64,000 bases of DNA from Woeseiaceae bacterium (GTDB lineage Bacteria > Pseudomonadota > Gammaproteobacteria > Steroidobacterales > Woeseiaceae). This document shows, piece by piece, positions 40,596 through 50,716 of the stretch. Location of the stretch: positions 8,410-72,409 of the forward strand of contig JBGTLY010000030.1 of the NCBI GenBank assembly GCA_041743865.1. Direction: 5' to 3'. The stretch's first letter is position 1; each line of letters starts with the position of its first letter. The notes under the pieces were generated by a model. It had not been told where the DNA came from and made no database searches. It was given only the letters and a program-made list of their open reading frames with translations. The translations under genes were made by a program, and so were the position numbers.

Positions 40596-41970
40596 GTCGA
40601 TACGAGAGACCAAAGTGACGCGCAAAATCTCCGCGGCCGAGTGGCATCCTGCGAGCTGGCAGGGCAAGACGGCGTCGCAACAGCCGACGTACCCGGACAA
40701 GGCCGAGCTCGAACGGGCGGTCGCGTCCCTTTCCCGCCTGCCACCGCTTGTAACCTCGTGGGAAGTGGATGCCCTGAAAGCGCATATTGCACGAGCACAG
40801 CGCGGGCAGGCGTTCGTGTTACAGGGCGGCGATTGTGCGGAGACCTTCGACGAGTGCACATCTGAGAATATCGTCGCAAAGCTCAAGATCCTGCTGCAAA
40901 TGAGCCTCGTGATGCTGTATGGCCTTAAAAAGCCGGTCATACGCGTCGGCCGCATGGCCGGCCAGTATGCGAAGCCGCGTTCCGCGGACTCCGAGACGCG
41001 CGACGGGAAGACCCTGCCGAGCTTCCGTGGCGACCTAGTGAATCGAAGCCCGTTTACGGAGAGCGATCGAATTCCGGATCCGCAACTGATTTTGCGGGGC
41101 TATGAGCGCTCCGCGCTGACACTTAATTTCGTGCGCTCCCTGATCGATGGCGGATTTGCCGACCTGCATCATCCGGAGTACTGGGATCTCGAGTGGGTGG
41201 GGCACGCGCCGATGGCCGCCGAGTATCGCGCTATCGTCAGTTCGATCTCAGGGTCGCTCGACTTCATGGAGACGATACTTGGACGCGAACTGCATCACGC
41301 GCAGCGGGCCGACATTTATGCGGCACACGAGGGGTTGCACCTCATGTACGAACAGGCGCAAACCCGCTATCTCGAACGGCGCGAGCGCTGGTACAACCTG
41401 ACAACACATTTTCCGTGGATCGGCATGCGTACCGCGCAGATGGACGGCGCGCACGTCGAGTTTTTCCGGGGAATCGCGAATCCTATGGGCATCAAGATCG
41501 GCCCGGGTATGAGCCGCGAATGGCTACAGGACCTGATCCGTGTTCTTAATCCGAACAACGAAGCTGGCCGCCTGACCCTCATCCATCGATTCGGCGCAAA
41601 ATCGATCGAGCAGCACCTGCCGGATATGATCGCCGCGGTCCGGGAGACGGGCTCTCCCGTACTTTGGGTCTGCGACCCGATGCACGGGAATACTGAAAGC
41701 ACCGCCGACGGCGTCAAGACCCGACGATTCGACAATATTATCGCCGAACTCGAAACCGCGTTTCGGGTGCATGCCGCGAACGGCAGCTACCTGGGCGGTG
41801 TGCATCTCGAACTCACCGGCGAAAACGTCACCGAGTGTACCGGTGGCGCCCGCGGACTCACGGACGGCGACCTCGCACGCGCCTACAAGTCGACGGTCGA
41901 TCCGCGGCTCAACTACGAACAGGCCATGGAAGTGGCAATGCGCATCGGCGGTTTGCGGGGCCCGGTCTAG
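40594..41970 (+). CDS. class II (plant/AroA-II type) 3-deoxy-7-phosphoheptulonate (DAHP) synthase
   Basis: About 450 aa, with WHPASWQGKTASQQPTYPD, the FVLQGGDCAE motif and the RMAGQYAKPRS motif. The track start TTG 40594 lies inside a T-run. In-frame GTG 40615, preceded by GAGAGA, is an alternative start. Confidence 0.9.
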   Translation: MSIRETKVTRKISAAEWHPASWQGKTASQQPTYPDKAELERAVASLSRLPPLVTSWEVDALKAHIARAQRGQAFVLQGGDCAETFDECTSENIVAKLKILLQMSLVMLYGLKKPVIRVGRMAGQYAKPRSADSETRDGKTLPSFRGDLVNRSPFTESDRIPDPQLILRGYERSALTLNFVRSLIDGGFADLHHPEYWDLEWVGHAPMAAEYRAIVSSISGSLDFMETILGRELHHAQRADIYAAHEGLHLMYEQAQTRYLERRERWYNLTTHFPWIGMRTAQMDGAHVEFFRGIANPMGIKIGPGMSREWLQDLIRVLNPNNEAGRLTLIHRFGAKSIEQHLPDMIAAVRETGSPVLWVCDPMHGNTESTADGVKTRRFDNIIAELETAFRVHAANGSYLGGVHLELTGENVTECTGGARGLTDGDLARAYKSTVDPRLNYEQAMEVAMRIGGLRGPV

Positions 41971-42539
41971 GCGCGCTCCTGCATCGCGCGCCAGGCGTCG
42001 GCCGTGGCCAACTTTCGTGAGGCGCCGGGTGCCAGGCCGTCGATGGTCCAGGGCCCGATGGCATGCCGGATGAGCCGCAGCGTGGGCAGGCCGACGGCCG
42101 CAGTCATGCGTCGCACCTGGCGATTCCTGCCCTCGAGCAGCCGGATTTCGAGCCAGGTCTCGGTCAGGTTCTTGCGGAAGCGGATTGGCGGGTGACGCGG
42201 CCAAAGCCATTCCGGCGGCCCTGCGATACGGGCCGATAAGGCGCGGGCCGGGCCGTCCTTCAGCGCTACGCCGGTCTCGAGCCTTGTAAGCTGTTCCACC
42301 GAGGGCTGCCCTTCGACCTGCACGAAGTAGGACTTCACCGTTTTCGAGCGCGGCTGGCTGATGCGTGCCTGCAGTCGGCCATCGTCAGTGAGCAATATGA
42401 GCCCCTCACTGTCGAAATCCAGCCGCCCGGCCGGATATACCCCGGGTTCAGCAATGTAGGCCGCAAGCGTCGGGCGATCCCCTTCGGCTGTGAATTGCGA
42501 AAGCACGCGGTAGGGCTTGTTCAGCAGGATCAAAGGCAT
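41967..42539 (-). CDS. rluE: 23S rRNA pseudouridine synthase RluE (RsuA/RluE family, no S4 domain)
   Basis: [12 protein letters not shown], catalytic [17 protein letters not shown] and NRQVRRM. It is divergent from icd, as in E. coli. Confidence 0.8.
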   Translation of the reverse strand: MPLILLNKPYRVLSQFTAEGDRPTLAAYIAEPGVYPAGRLDFDSEGLILLTDDGRLQARISQPRSKTVKSYFVQVEGQPSVEQLTRLETGVALKDGPARALSARIAGPPEWLWPRHPPIRFRKNLTETWLEIRLLEGRNRQVRRMTAAVGLPTLRLIRHAIGPWTIDGLAPGASRKLATADAWRAMQERA

Positions 42540-42644
42540 CGGGGCATTCTAACCGGGCAATTTTGTGGCGCGCCGGTGGATCGGTACAATGCACGCCCAC
42601 TGTGGCATCCCGCCACAGCAGCATGCTTCAATCCGGGACTCCAC

Positions 42645-43984
<1,340 letters not shown>

Positions 43985-43985
<1 letters not shown>

Positions 43986-44623
43986 TGCTGGACGACGCGA
44001 TCTACGATCACGACTGCCGCGCGTGTCCCCGACTGGCGGGGTTTCTCGACGAGGTCCAGGACCGGCACCCCGAGTACTGGTGCCGGCCGGTGCCGCCGTT
44101 CGGCGATCCTCGCGCACGCCTGGTCATCGTGGGCCTCGCACCCGGGCTGCACGGTGCGAACCGGACCGGGCGGCCGTTTACCGGTGACCACGCAGGCATT
44201 CTCCTGTACCGCATGCTGCATGCTTACGGTTTCGCAAGCAGTCCGGAGTCACTCGGTGCGGATGACGGACTCGACTTGATCGATAGCCGCATAACGAACG
44301 CTGTGAAATGCCTGCCGCCCGGGAACAAGCCGGTCGGGTCAGAAATTGCCATGTGCAACCAGTACCTGTCGAACGAACTACGGACTGTACCCGAGGGCGC
44401 AGTGGTCATGGCGCTCGGCGGGATTGCGCACCGTGCCGTCCTGAAGGCCCTGGGCAGCCGGCAGGCGGCTCATCCGTTTGCCCACGGCAGAGTCCACGTG
44501 CCGGGCGACTTCCGACTGCTCGACTCGTACCATTGCAGTCGCTACAACACCAATACCGGACGCCTTACTGAGGCCATGTTTGCGGATGTATTCGCTACGG
44601 CGCGGCGCCTCCTGGACACGTGA
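43985..44623 (+). CDS. uracil-DNA glycosylase family protein (family 4/5-like, Fe-S type)
   Basis: N-terminal CRACPRL cysteines and the VIVGLAPGLHGANRTGRPFTGD motif. GTG start overlaps the icd stop by 1 nt. Confidence 0.8.
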
Positions 44624-46443
44624 CTTCGACGACGACATTTGAACCCCGGGCCTTTCTGCGGCGGCTGACGCACCGGCCCGGTGTTTACCGGATGCTGGAC
44701 GCGAAACACGAGGTGATTTACGTCGGCAAGGCACGCGACCTGAAAAAGCGCCTGTCCAGCTACTTCACCCGTGCACAACAGGACACGAAGACGGCCGCGA
44801 TGCTCGCGCAGGTGACCGACGTTGAAGTCACCGTAACCAATACTGAAGCTGAAGCACTCCTGCTCGAGTATTCGCTGATCAAGCGTCACAAGCCGCGCTT
44901 CAACGTGGTCCTGCGCGACGACAAGAGCTATCCGTACATCTACGCCGCGACGGAACATCGCTTTCCGCGATTGCGTTTTCATCGCGGTGCGCGCAAAGGG
45001 CCGGGACGCTATTTCGGGCCGTATCCCAGTACGACCGCAGTACGACAGACCCTCAGCGAACTGCAGAAACTGTTCATGATCCGGCCGTGTCGCGAAAGCT
45101 TTTTCCGCAACCGGTCGAGGCCCTGCCTGCAGTATCAGATCAAGCGCTGCACGGCGCCTTGTGTCGACTACATAAGCGAAGACCAGTACGCAAAGGATTT
45201 CGCCGCGGCCATGCAGTTTCTCGAGGGCAACAACCAGGCGGTCATCGACACGTTCGTTCAACGCATGGAAGACGCAGCCGCCGCGCAGCACTACGAACAG
45301 GCGGCGCGCTACAGGGACCAGATTGCGAAACTCAAGGAAGTAGCAGCACGCCAGCTGGTATCACGCGCCAGGGGGAAGGACATGGATGTCCTGGGATACG
45401 CAAGCAACGGTGCCGTTACTTGCGTTACGGTATTGTTCATAAGGAACGGCACGGTCATTGGCAGCCGGGATCATTTTCCGCGCACGGCGGGTGAGAGCCG
45501 GGCGGCCGTACTCAATGGCTTCGTTTCGCAGTACTACCTCGGGCGCGAAGCACCGCGCGAAATTCTGCTCGATACGGCGATCGAGGACGCATCACTGCTC
45601 GAAGAGACACTCAGCGTCCGGAGCGGGTACACGGTCGAGATTCGCACCCGCGTGCGCGGTGATCGTCAGCGCTGGCTCGCCATGGCAGTTACCAACGCCG
45701 AAAACGGCCTGAACGTCCGGATCGCGAGCAATGCGACACTCAAGCGACAGTTCCGGGCGCTCGCGGAGGTGCTGGAGCTCGACGATGCCCCCACCCGGCT
45801 CGAGTGCTTTGATGTCAGCCACACGTCCGGGGAGGCGACCGTCGCGGCCTGCGTCGTTTTCAACACGGCCGGACCCCTGAAGAGTGATTATCGCCGCTTC
45901 AACCTGACGCCAGCGGCTGCCGGCGACGACTACGCGGCCATGTCCGAGGCCCTGCGCCGGCGCTATGCACGGGTCCAAAAAGGCGAAGTGCCGATGCCCG
46001 ACGTCCTGTTCGTTGACGGCGGCAAGGGCCAGTTGTCTGAGGCGGTGACGGTACTGGCTGCGCTGGAACTCAGCTGGCTCCGGGTCGTGGCGGTTGCCAA
46101 GGGACGCTCGCGACGTCCGGGCATGGAGCAACTCTTCGTCGCCGGCCGCAAGACGCCGATCCAGCTACCGTCGGATTCTCCGGCGCTCATGCTCATCCAG
46201 CAGCTGCGCGACGAAGCTCACCGCTTTGCGATAACGGGGCACCGGCAGCGGCGCGGCAAGACCCGGAAAACCTCACCGTTGGAGCGCATCCCGGGTCTCG
46301 GCCCGAAGAAGCGGCGGGAATTGCTGCGACAATTTGGCGGTCTGCAGGGGGTCATGAGCGCCGGCATCGATGATCTCGTCCGGGTTCGCGGCATAGGGCG
46401 AAGCCTGGCCGAAACCATATACAATGAGTTGCACGTTCAGTAG
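44620..46443 (+). CDS. uvrC: excinuclease ABC subunit UvrC
   Basis: GIY-YIG (GVYRMLDAKHEVIYVGKA), UVR domain, endonuclease V-like domain and C-terminal HhH (IPGLGPKKRRELL). GTGA overlap with the upstream stop. Confidence 0.96.
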   Translation: MTSTTTFEPRAFLRRLTHRPGVYRMLDAKHEVIYVGKARDLKKRLSSYFTRAQQDTKTAAMLAQVTDVEVTVTNTEAEALLLEYSLIKRHKPRFNVVLRDDKSYPYIYAATEHRFPRLRFHRGARKGPGRYFGPYPSTTAVRQTLSELQKLFMIRPCRESFFRNRSRPCLQYQIKRCTAPCVDYISEDQYAKDFAAAMQFLEGNNQAVIDTFVQRMEDAAAAQHYEQAARYRDQIAKLKEVAARQLVSRARGKDMDVLGYASNGAVTCVTVLFIRNGTVIGSRDHFPRTAGESRAAVLNGFVSQYYLGREAPREILLDTAIEDASLLEETLSVRSGYTVEIRTRVRGDRQRWLAMAVTNAENGLNVRIASNATLKRQFRALAEVLELDDAPTRLECFDVSHTSGEATVAACVVFNTAGPLKSDYRRFNLTPAAAGDDYAAMSEALRRRYARVQKGEVPMPDVLFVDGGKGQLSEAVTVLAALELSWLRVVAVAKGRSRRPGMEQLFVAGRKTPIQLPSDSPALMLIQQLRDEAHRFAITGHRQRRGKTRKTSPLERIPGLGPKKRRELLRQFGGLQGVMSAGIDDLVRVRGIGRSLAETIYNELHVQ

Positions 46444-46464
46444 CGAACGACGAGCGATGCCCTC

Positions 46465-47034
46465 TTGAAACTCAATCTTGCGAACCTGCTGACCCTGATG
46501 CGGATCGCCGCGATACCTGTCGTGGTGGTTTGTTTCTACAGCGACATTCCCCATGCGCGCCCCATCGCGGCGGTGATTTTCGGTTTCGCGGCCATCACCG
46601 ACCTCATCGACGGATGGGTGGCGCGTCGCTTCGGCCAGACCTCGCGCTTTGGCGAGTTCCTCGACCCCGTTGCCGACAAACTGATGGTCGTCATAGTGCT
46701 CGTCATGCTGGTCCAGACCCAGTCGACGCTGTGGGAAGACGTCATCGCCATGATCATCATCGGCCGGGAAATCACTGTCTCCGCGCTGCGTGAATGGATG
46801 GCCACCATCGGGGAGCGATCGAATGTCCGCGTTCACCTGTCCGGCAAGATAAAAACGACGCTGCAGATGTTCGGTATTGGTTTCATGGTCTGGCAGCACC
46901 CGGTATTCGGGGTCGACATCTACAAAGTGGGCTATGCGATGCTCATCGGCGCGGCGGTGATGACCATCTATTCGATGTTCTTCTACCTGAAAGCTGCCTG
47001 GCCTTCGATGAGCCGCGAACTCGACGGCGAGTGA
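46465..47034 (+). CDS. pgsA: CDP-diacylglycerol--glycerol-3-phosphate 3-phosphatidyltransferase
   Basis: CDP-alcohol phosphatidyltransferase motif DLIDGWVARRFGQTSRFGEFLDPVADK. TTG start. Follows uvrC, as in E. coli. Confidence 0.92.
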   Translation: MKLNLANLLTLMRIAAIPVVVVCFYSDIPHARPIAAVIFGFAAITDLIDGWVARRFGQTSRFGEFLDPVADKLMVVIVLVMLVQTQSTLWEDVIAMIIIGREITVSALREWMATIGERSNVRVHLSGKIKTTLQMFGIGFMVWQHPVFGVDIYKVGYAMLIGAAVMTIYSMFFYLKAAWPSMSRELDGE

Positions 47035-47073
47035 CCGACCTTCGATAAACCCTGTTCCTGCAGGGACCGTGAC

Positions 47074-47101
47074 TTGACAGAGGACGATTAGCGACTAGAA
47101 T
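47074..47101 (+). promoter_or_regulatory. putative sigma70 promoter for tRNA-Gly (TTGACA-16-TAGAAT)
   Basis: TTGACA at 47074..47079 and TAGAAT at 47096..47101. A GC-rich discriminator (TGCCGGTCC) follows. The tRNA starts at 47116. Confidence 0.5.
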
Positions 47102-47115
47102 TGCCGGTCCTTTCA

Positions 47116-47191
47116 GCGGGAATAGCTCAGTTGGTAGAGCGCAACCTTGCCAAGGTTGAGGTCGGGAGTTCGAGCCTCCTTTCCCGCTCCA
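47116..47191 (+). tRNA. tRNA-Gly (anticodon GCC), CCA encoded
   Basis: Hand fold. Acceptor GCGGGAA/TTCCCGC, D arm GCTC/GAGC, anticodon stem CAACC/GGTTG with loop TTGCCAA, T arm GGGAG-TTCGAGC-CTCCT, then TCCA. Confidence 0.96.
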
Positions 47192-47360
47192 ATATATTCA
47201 ACGACTTAGGCCACTGTTTTATAGAAGAATTACTCCCCGAGCGGCACGCCATTCCGCGCCATCGTAGAAACTCCGTCCAGAATCAGTCACAGGTTGGCGT
47301 GAAGACCATCCGGTCAATTTGTCGCCCTTCGGCTATTCAAGGATAAAGAAACACTCCTGC

Positions 47361-48107
47361 TCAGGGCTTCCGGAACAGCAGCGTAAAGCGATCTGTGTTT
47401 TCCGTGACGGTCTTCCGGCCGACCTCGTAGATCAGCTCGTCGTCCGGACGGTAGTGCAGGTCCGAGTAGTCCACGAACTCGAATCCAACGTCCAGCATTT
47501 CCTTGATGACCAGGACCGGGTCGATTCGACGCCGGTTCTCGGTGTTTGATTCCTGCATATGCCGCCGCGAGTGGTCTACGACGCCATACAGGCCGCCCGA
47601 TTTCAGCGATTCGAATACGGCCCTGTTCAACTTTTCGCGGGACGCGGGATCGAAATTGTGCAGGTTCCTGAATGTCAGCACCATGTCGAGGTCATCGAGA
47701 CCGAAGTCGACCGCGTCCACGACATAGAGCCCGATACTTTCGTTACGCCGCAGGTTGTCGCCGGCGTCAACCAGTTCGACGTCCTCGAATCCGGGTGCCG
47801 CAAGAAGTTGGTCACGAACGGTATTCGTGCCGATTGAAACGTACAGCTGGCCGTCGTCCGCCAGCACCGGCGCAAGAATTCTCGTATACCATCCGCCGCC
47901 CGGCAGCAGTTCGAGGACACGCATGTCGTCCTTCAAGCCGAAAAACGTGAGGGTCTCCAGTGGCAAACGGTTCTCATCCCGCTCGCGATCCGCCTGCGGG
48001 CGCGATTCCGCGTTCATGGCTTCGGTGACCTTGGCATCGGTGTCCGGGTCGGCGTGGAGCGGGCCCGTAATGGCCAACGTTGCAAGGAGCGGTACGAGAT
48101 ATTTCAT
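47361..48107 (-). CDS. class I SAM-dependent methyltransferase with N-terminal signal peptide (COG4798-like)
   Basis: ORF 47361..48200 trimmed to ATG 48107 (GGAGGA upstream). Signal peptide MKYLVPLLATLAITGPLHA. SAM motif I VLELLPGGGWYT. C-terminal TDRFTLLFRKP. Confidence 0.8.
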   Translation of the reverse strand: MKYLVPLLATLAITGPLHADPDTDAKVTEAMNAESRPQADRERDENRLPLETLTFFGLKDDMRVLELLPGGGWYTRILAPVLADDGQLYVSIGTNTVRDQLLAAPGFEDVELVDAGDNLRRNESIGLYVVDAVDFGLDDLDMVLTFRNLHNFDPASREKLNRAVFESLKSGGLYGVVDHSRRHMQESNTENRRRIDPVLVIKEMLDVGFEFVDYSDLHYRPDDELIYEVGRKTVTENTDRFTLLFRKP

Positions 48108-48109
48108 GG

Positions 48110-48376
48110 TTATCCTCCGGTCGTTAAGGGTATCGGTGCCCGGCACGCGAGGCGGCGTTCTGCATCGGCGATTGCCGCAAGCAACTGGCCCGGATCGCAC
48201 GCGGTTCCGGGTGGCATGCCTTCCGTAGTGGCGAGCTGGCGTTTATGCATCTGGTCCGCCCAGCTCGCGAGAATCGCCCATTGTTCGGTCTTGTCGAAGC
48301 TGCTGACCAGAACGTCAAGCGGCCGGTCGAATACGTCCCCGGGTGAGCTCATGGCGTCTTCGAACGTGTATGGCAT
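48110..48376 (-). CDS. small conserved hypothetical protein (88 aa)
   Basis: ORF ends 2 nt before the methyltransferase start. Coding-like GC3. The pattern DVLVSSFDKTEQWAILASWADQMHKRQ...EGM resembles a widespread small protein family I cannot name. Confidence 0.5.
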   Translation of the reverse strand: MPYTFEDAMSSPGDVFDRPLDVLVSSFDKTEQWAILASWADQMHKRQLATTEGMPPGTACDPGQLLAAIADAERRLACRAPIPLTTGG

Positions 48377-48460
48377 CGCCCCGCGTTAATCCTGTTCTGA
48401 CTTCCGGACATACTGCAGTCACGCGGGTGCCGGCGCAAGCGAGCCGGGAGCCGGCTTTGC

Positions 48461-49690
48461 CTAGTGATCGAAGCGCACCGGAACCCGGACACTGCTTATC
48501 GTCGGTCCCTCTGCACCCGTGACGCTCCACGCCATGATCAGGTCGCCGTGCCGGTATTCCATTTGCGGCACGCTGAGTGCCACGCCGGTGTCGGCAATGG
48601 TCACTACTTCGCCCCGCATCCCGTCCGCCGACAGGCTGCGAACCCGGACCAGCTGTTTGTCTGCCGAGCGTTCGACCCAGCTGACGATAAACACGGAGCG
48701 CGCCGTAAAAGCGATATCGACGTAGCCGGCGACATCGCCGGCCGCCAACTCGACGGCCGCCGAAAAGCGTTTGCCACCATCGCGCGAGATGCTGGCCTGT
48801 ATGCGCGGGTGATTATTCGCCGCTGTGAACCACGCGACCCCGACCAGGTCGCCGGATGCCGTGATGACCGGTCCGTTGACCGGGCAGCCATCGATTACCC
48901 AGCCGTCGTCGGCAATCTTGGTGCCCGGCGTCCACTGACCGTTGTTGAACCGGCTCACGGCGATATCGCGCACCCCGTCCGAACTTCGATCGCGGTATGC
49001 GGCGAGCGGGCCACTGCTGCTCACGACGGCACTGGTTGCGCAGCAATCACAGACGAGCTCGTCAATCACCTTTTCGTCCCTGAGGCTGCCGTCCGGCGCA
49101 ATCACGGCCGACCGCAGGCTCATGCCGTTCGTTGCCGGATCGCCGTCGCCCGTATTCGCGGTCTTGCGCCCGTCCAGCCAGAGTATGCCGATGCCCTGGG
49201 GCGAACGGAACTTGGAGACAAAACCGTGTTCGGTCGCCGTGCCGTCGGTGTGCGGTGTGACCGGCTCTGACCACGTTCCGCCGCCATCCATGGAGAGGAT
49301 GACCCGCACATCATAGGCGTGCGGCGCACCGACCTTGTTACGCAGCCAGTGCGCTGCCCAATGCGAGTTGTTGCCGGCGCCTTTGACGACCGAGAGCACC
49401 GACGGCATGTCTGCCCAGTTGACGAACATATGCGGATCGGTAACGACGTCTTTCGCCGGACCCCAGCCGTCATCCAAAAGTTCGGCGACCCGTAGCGTGG
49501 CACCTTCATCCTGTCGCTCCAACCAGCTCAGGAGTACCTGGCCACTGCCTGAGGTCAGGCGGGGAGCAAGACTATTGGCGCCCGCGGGAACTTCGAGCCG
49601 CTCCGGCGACCGAAACTCGGGGAGCGGCGGATCGCCGCAATAAACCAGCGCAAGGCAGCCGAGCAGCAACAGGTAGCGGGAAGATTTCAT
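48461..49690 (-). CDS. secreted BNR/Asp-box repeat protein (sialidase-like beta-propeller fold)
   Basis: ORF 48461..49747 trimmed to ATG 49690 (MKSSRYLLLLGCLALVYCG signal). Asp-boxes SMDGGGTWS and SRDGGKRFS. Confidence 0.75.
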   Translation of the reverse strand: MKSSRYLLLLGCLALVYCGDPPLPEFRSPERLEVPAGANSLAPRLTSGSGQVLLSWLERQDEGATLRVAELLDDGWGPAKDVVTDPHMFVNWADMPSVLSVVKGAGNNSHWAAHWLRNKVGAPHAYDVRVILSMDGGGTWSEPVTPHTDGTATEHGFVSKFRSPQGIGILWLDGRKTANTGDGDPATNGMSLRSAVIAPDGSLRDEKVIDELVCDCCATSAVVSSSGPLAAYRDRSSDGVRDIAVSRFNNGQWTPGTKIADDGWVIDGCPVNGPVITASGDLVGVAWFTAANNHPRIQASISRDGGKRFSAAVELAAGDVAGYVDIAFTARSVFIVSWVERSADKQLVRVRSLSADGMRGEVVTIADTGVALSVPQMEYRHGDLIMAWSVTGAEGPTISSVRVPVRFDH

Positions 49691-49768
49691 CGTGTTTTGT
49701 GTAAGTCTCGCCCTGATGAGCGGCTCGGGATGTGCTCTATTTGACACCGACGACCCGGGCGCTGCAAA

Positions 49769-49796
49769 TTGACCGGGGTGACGAGGGCTGTATACT
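49769..49796 (+). promoter_or_regulatory. putative sigma70 promoter for tRNA-Cys/tRNA-Leu (TTGACC-16-TATACT)
   Basis: TTGACC at 49769..49774 and TATACT at 49791..49796. A GC-rich discriminator (GCGACGCC) follows. A second weaker TTGACA at 49741..49746 lies upstream. Confidence 0.5.
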
Positions 49797-49823
49797 GCGA
49801 CGCCTGCTCGATGGGCATCCCCC

Positions 49824-49897
49824 GGCTAGGTGGCAGAGTGGTTATGCAGCGGCCTGCAAAGCCGTGGACGCCGGTTCGATTCCGACCCTAGCCTCCA
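49824..49897 (+). tRNA. tRNA-Cys (anticodon GCA), CCA encoded
   Basis: Hand fold. Acceptor GGCTAGG/CCTAGCC, anticodon stem GCGGC/GCCGT, loop CTGCAAA, T loop TTCGATT, then TCCA. The T stem GCCGG/CCGAC has one C-A mismatch. Confidence 0.9.
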
Positions 49898-49918
49898 TCT
49901 CTTGTTCCGTGTATGCCT

Positions 49919-50005
49919 GCCCGGGTGGCGGAACCGGTAGACGCTACGGACTTAAAATCCGTTCTCCGTAAGGAGGTGAGGGTTCAAATCCCTCCCCGGG
50001 CACCA
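49919..50005 (+). tRNA. tRNA-Leu (anticodon UAA), long variable arm, CCA encoded
   Basis: Hand fold. Acceptor GCCCGGG/CCCGGGC, anticodon stem ACGGA/TCCGT, loop CTTAAAA, variable arm CTCC-GTAA-GGAG, T arm GAGGG-TTCAAAT-CCCTC, then ACCA. Confidence 0.95.
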
Positions 50006-50036
50006 CGCAGGACAAGACCAGCTTTGTCAGCATTGA

Positions 50037-50579
50037 ATGAATAGCGCAGCCCAATTCCCGGACTCTGCAATGACTCCATTCGAACGACCGGGCATATGGT
50101 CGCTGACGACCGCCTGTTTCCTGCTGATTCTTCCGCTTGCCGATCTCGCTGCGGCCGAAGACACAATAGCCGCGGAGCTCGCCGCGTGCAATGGTGTGAG
50201 CGACCCTACCCAACGGCTGGCTTGCTTCGACGCTCTCGCGGAGAACATCGGCCAACGGCAAACAGCAGAGATTGCGGTGAAGGACGGTGACTCTGCGGGT
50301 CAGGCGCTTCCGCCGTTGCCCGATTCCGCCGGTCAGACCAAGGACGCCGACACCCCGGCTGAGGAATACTCCGGGCGCATTGAGAGTTGTGAAAAAAGTG
50401 ATGTATCGGGCCGCAGATATTTCATTTTCGACAACGGCCAGGTCTGGCGACAGTCGAACACCGGGCGCCTGCCATTCCGTGACTGTGATTTCGTTGTAAC
50501 GCTGAAACGGGACATGTTCGGCTACAAGCTCGAGATTCCGAGCGTGGATCGATCGGTCCGCGTTGCACGCGTCCGCTAA
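50037..50579 (+). CDS. hypothetical secreted protein (four Cys; RLACFD motif)
   Basis: ORF with a hydrophobic signal-like segment ([21 protein letters not shown]). The start could instead be ATG 50070. No family recognised. Confidence 0.55.
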   Translation: MNSAAQFPDSAMTPFERPGIWSLTTACFLLILPLADLAAAEDTIAAELAACNGVSDPTQRLACFDALAENIGQRQTAEIAVKDGDSAGQALPPLPDSAGQTKDADTPAEEYSGRIESCEKSDVSGRRYFIFDNGQVWRQSNTGRLPFRDCDFVVTLKRDMFGYKLEIPSVDRSVRVARVR

Positions 50580-50716
50580 CCAAACCGGCCAAACCGGACC
50601 TGGTTCACAGGCCGGCCGTGGACTGGTTATCAGTTTTCGCCGAAAATCGACTGTCGATGCTGCACTGTCAACTCGCCCACCCGACAATTCCATTTCGGGC
50701 CCAGCGGAGGCGGGAC

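Noticed and set aside
47101-47346. 81-aa ORF overlapping tRNA-Gly, and the similar 79-aa ORF 49732..49971 overlapping tRNA-Cys and tRNA-Leu
   Set aside because: Both frames read through tRNA genes and are not plausible proteins.
47192-49823. Classical tRNA-integrated prophage or genomic island at tRNA-Gly
   Set aside because: There is no integrase, excisionase, phage or transposase gene, and I could find no direct repeat of the tRNA-Gly 3' end. It is kept only as a synteny-breaking insert in the findings.
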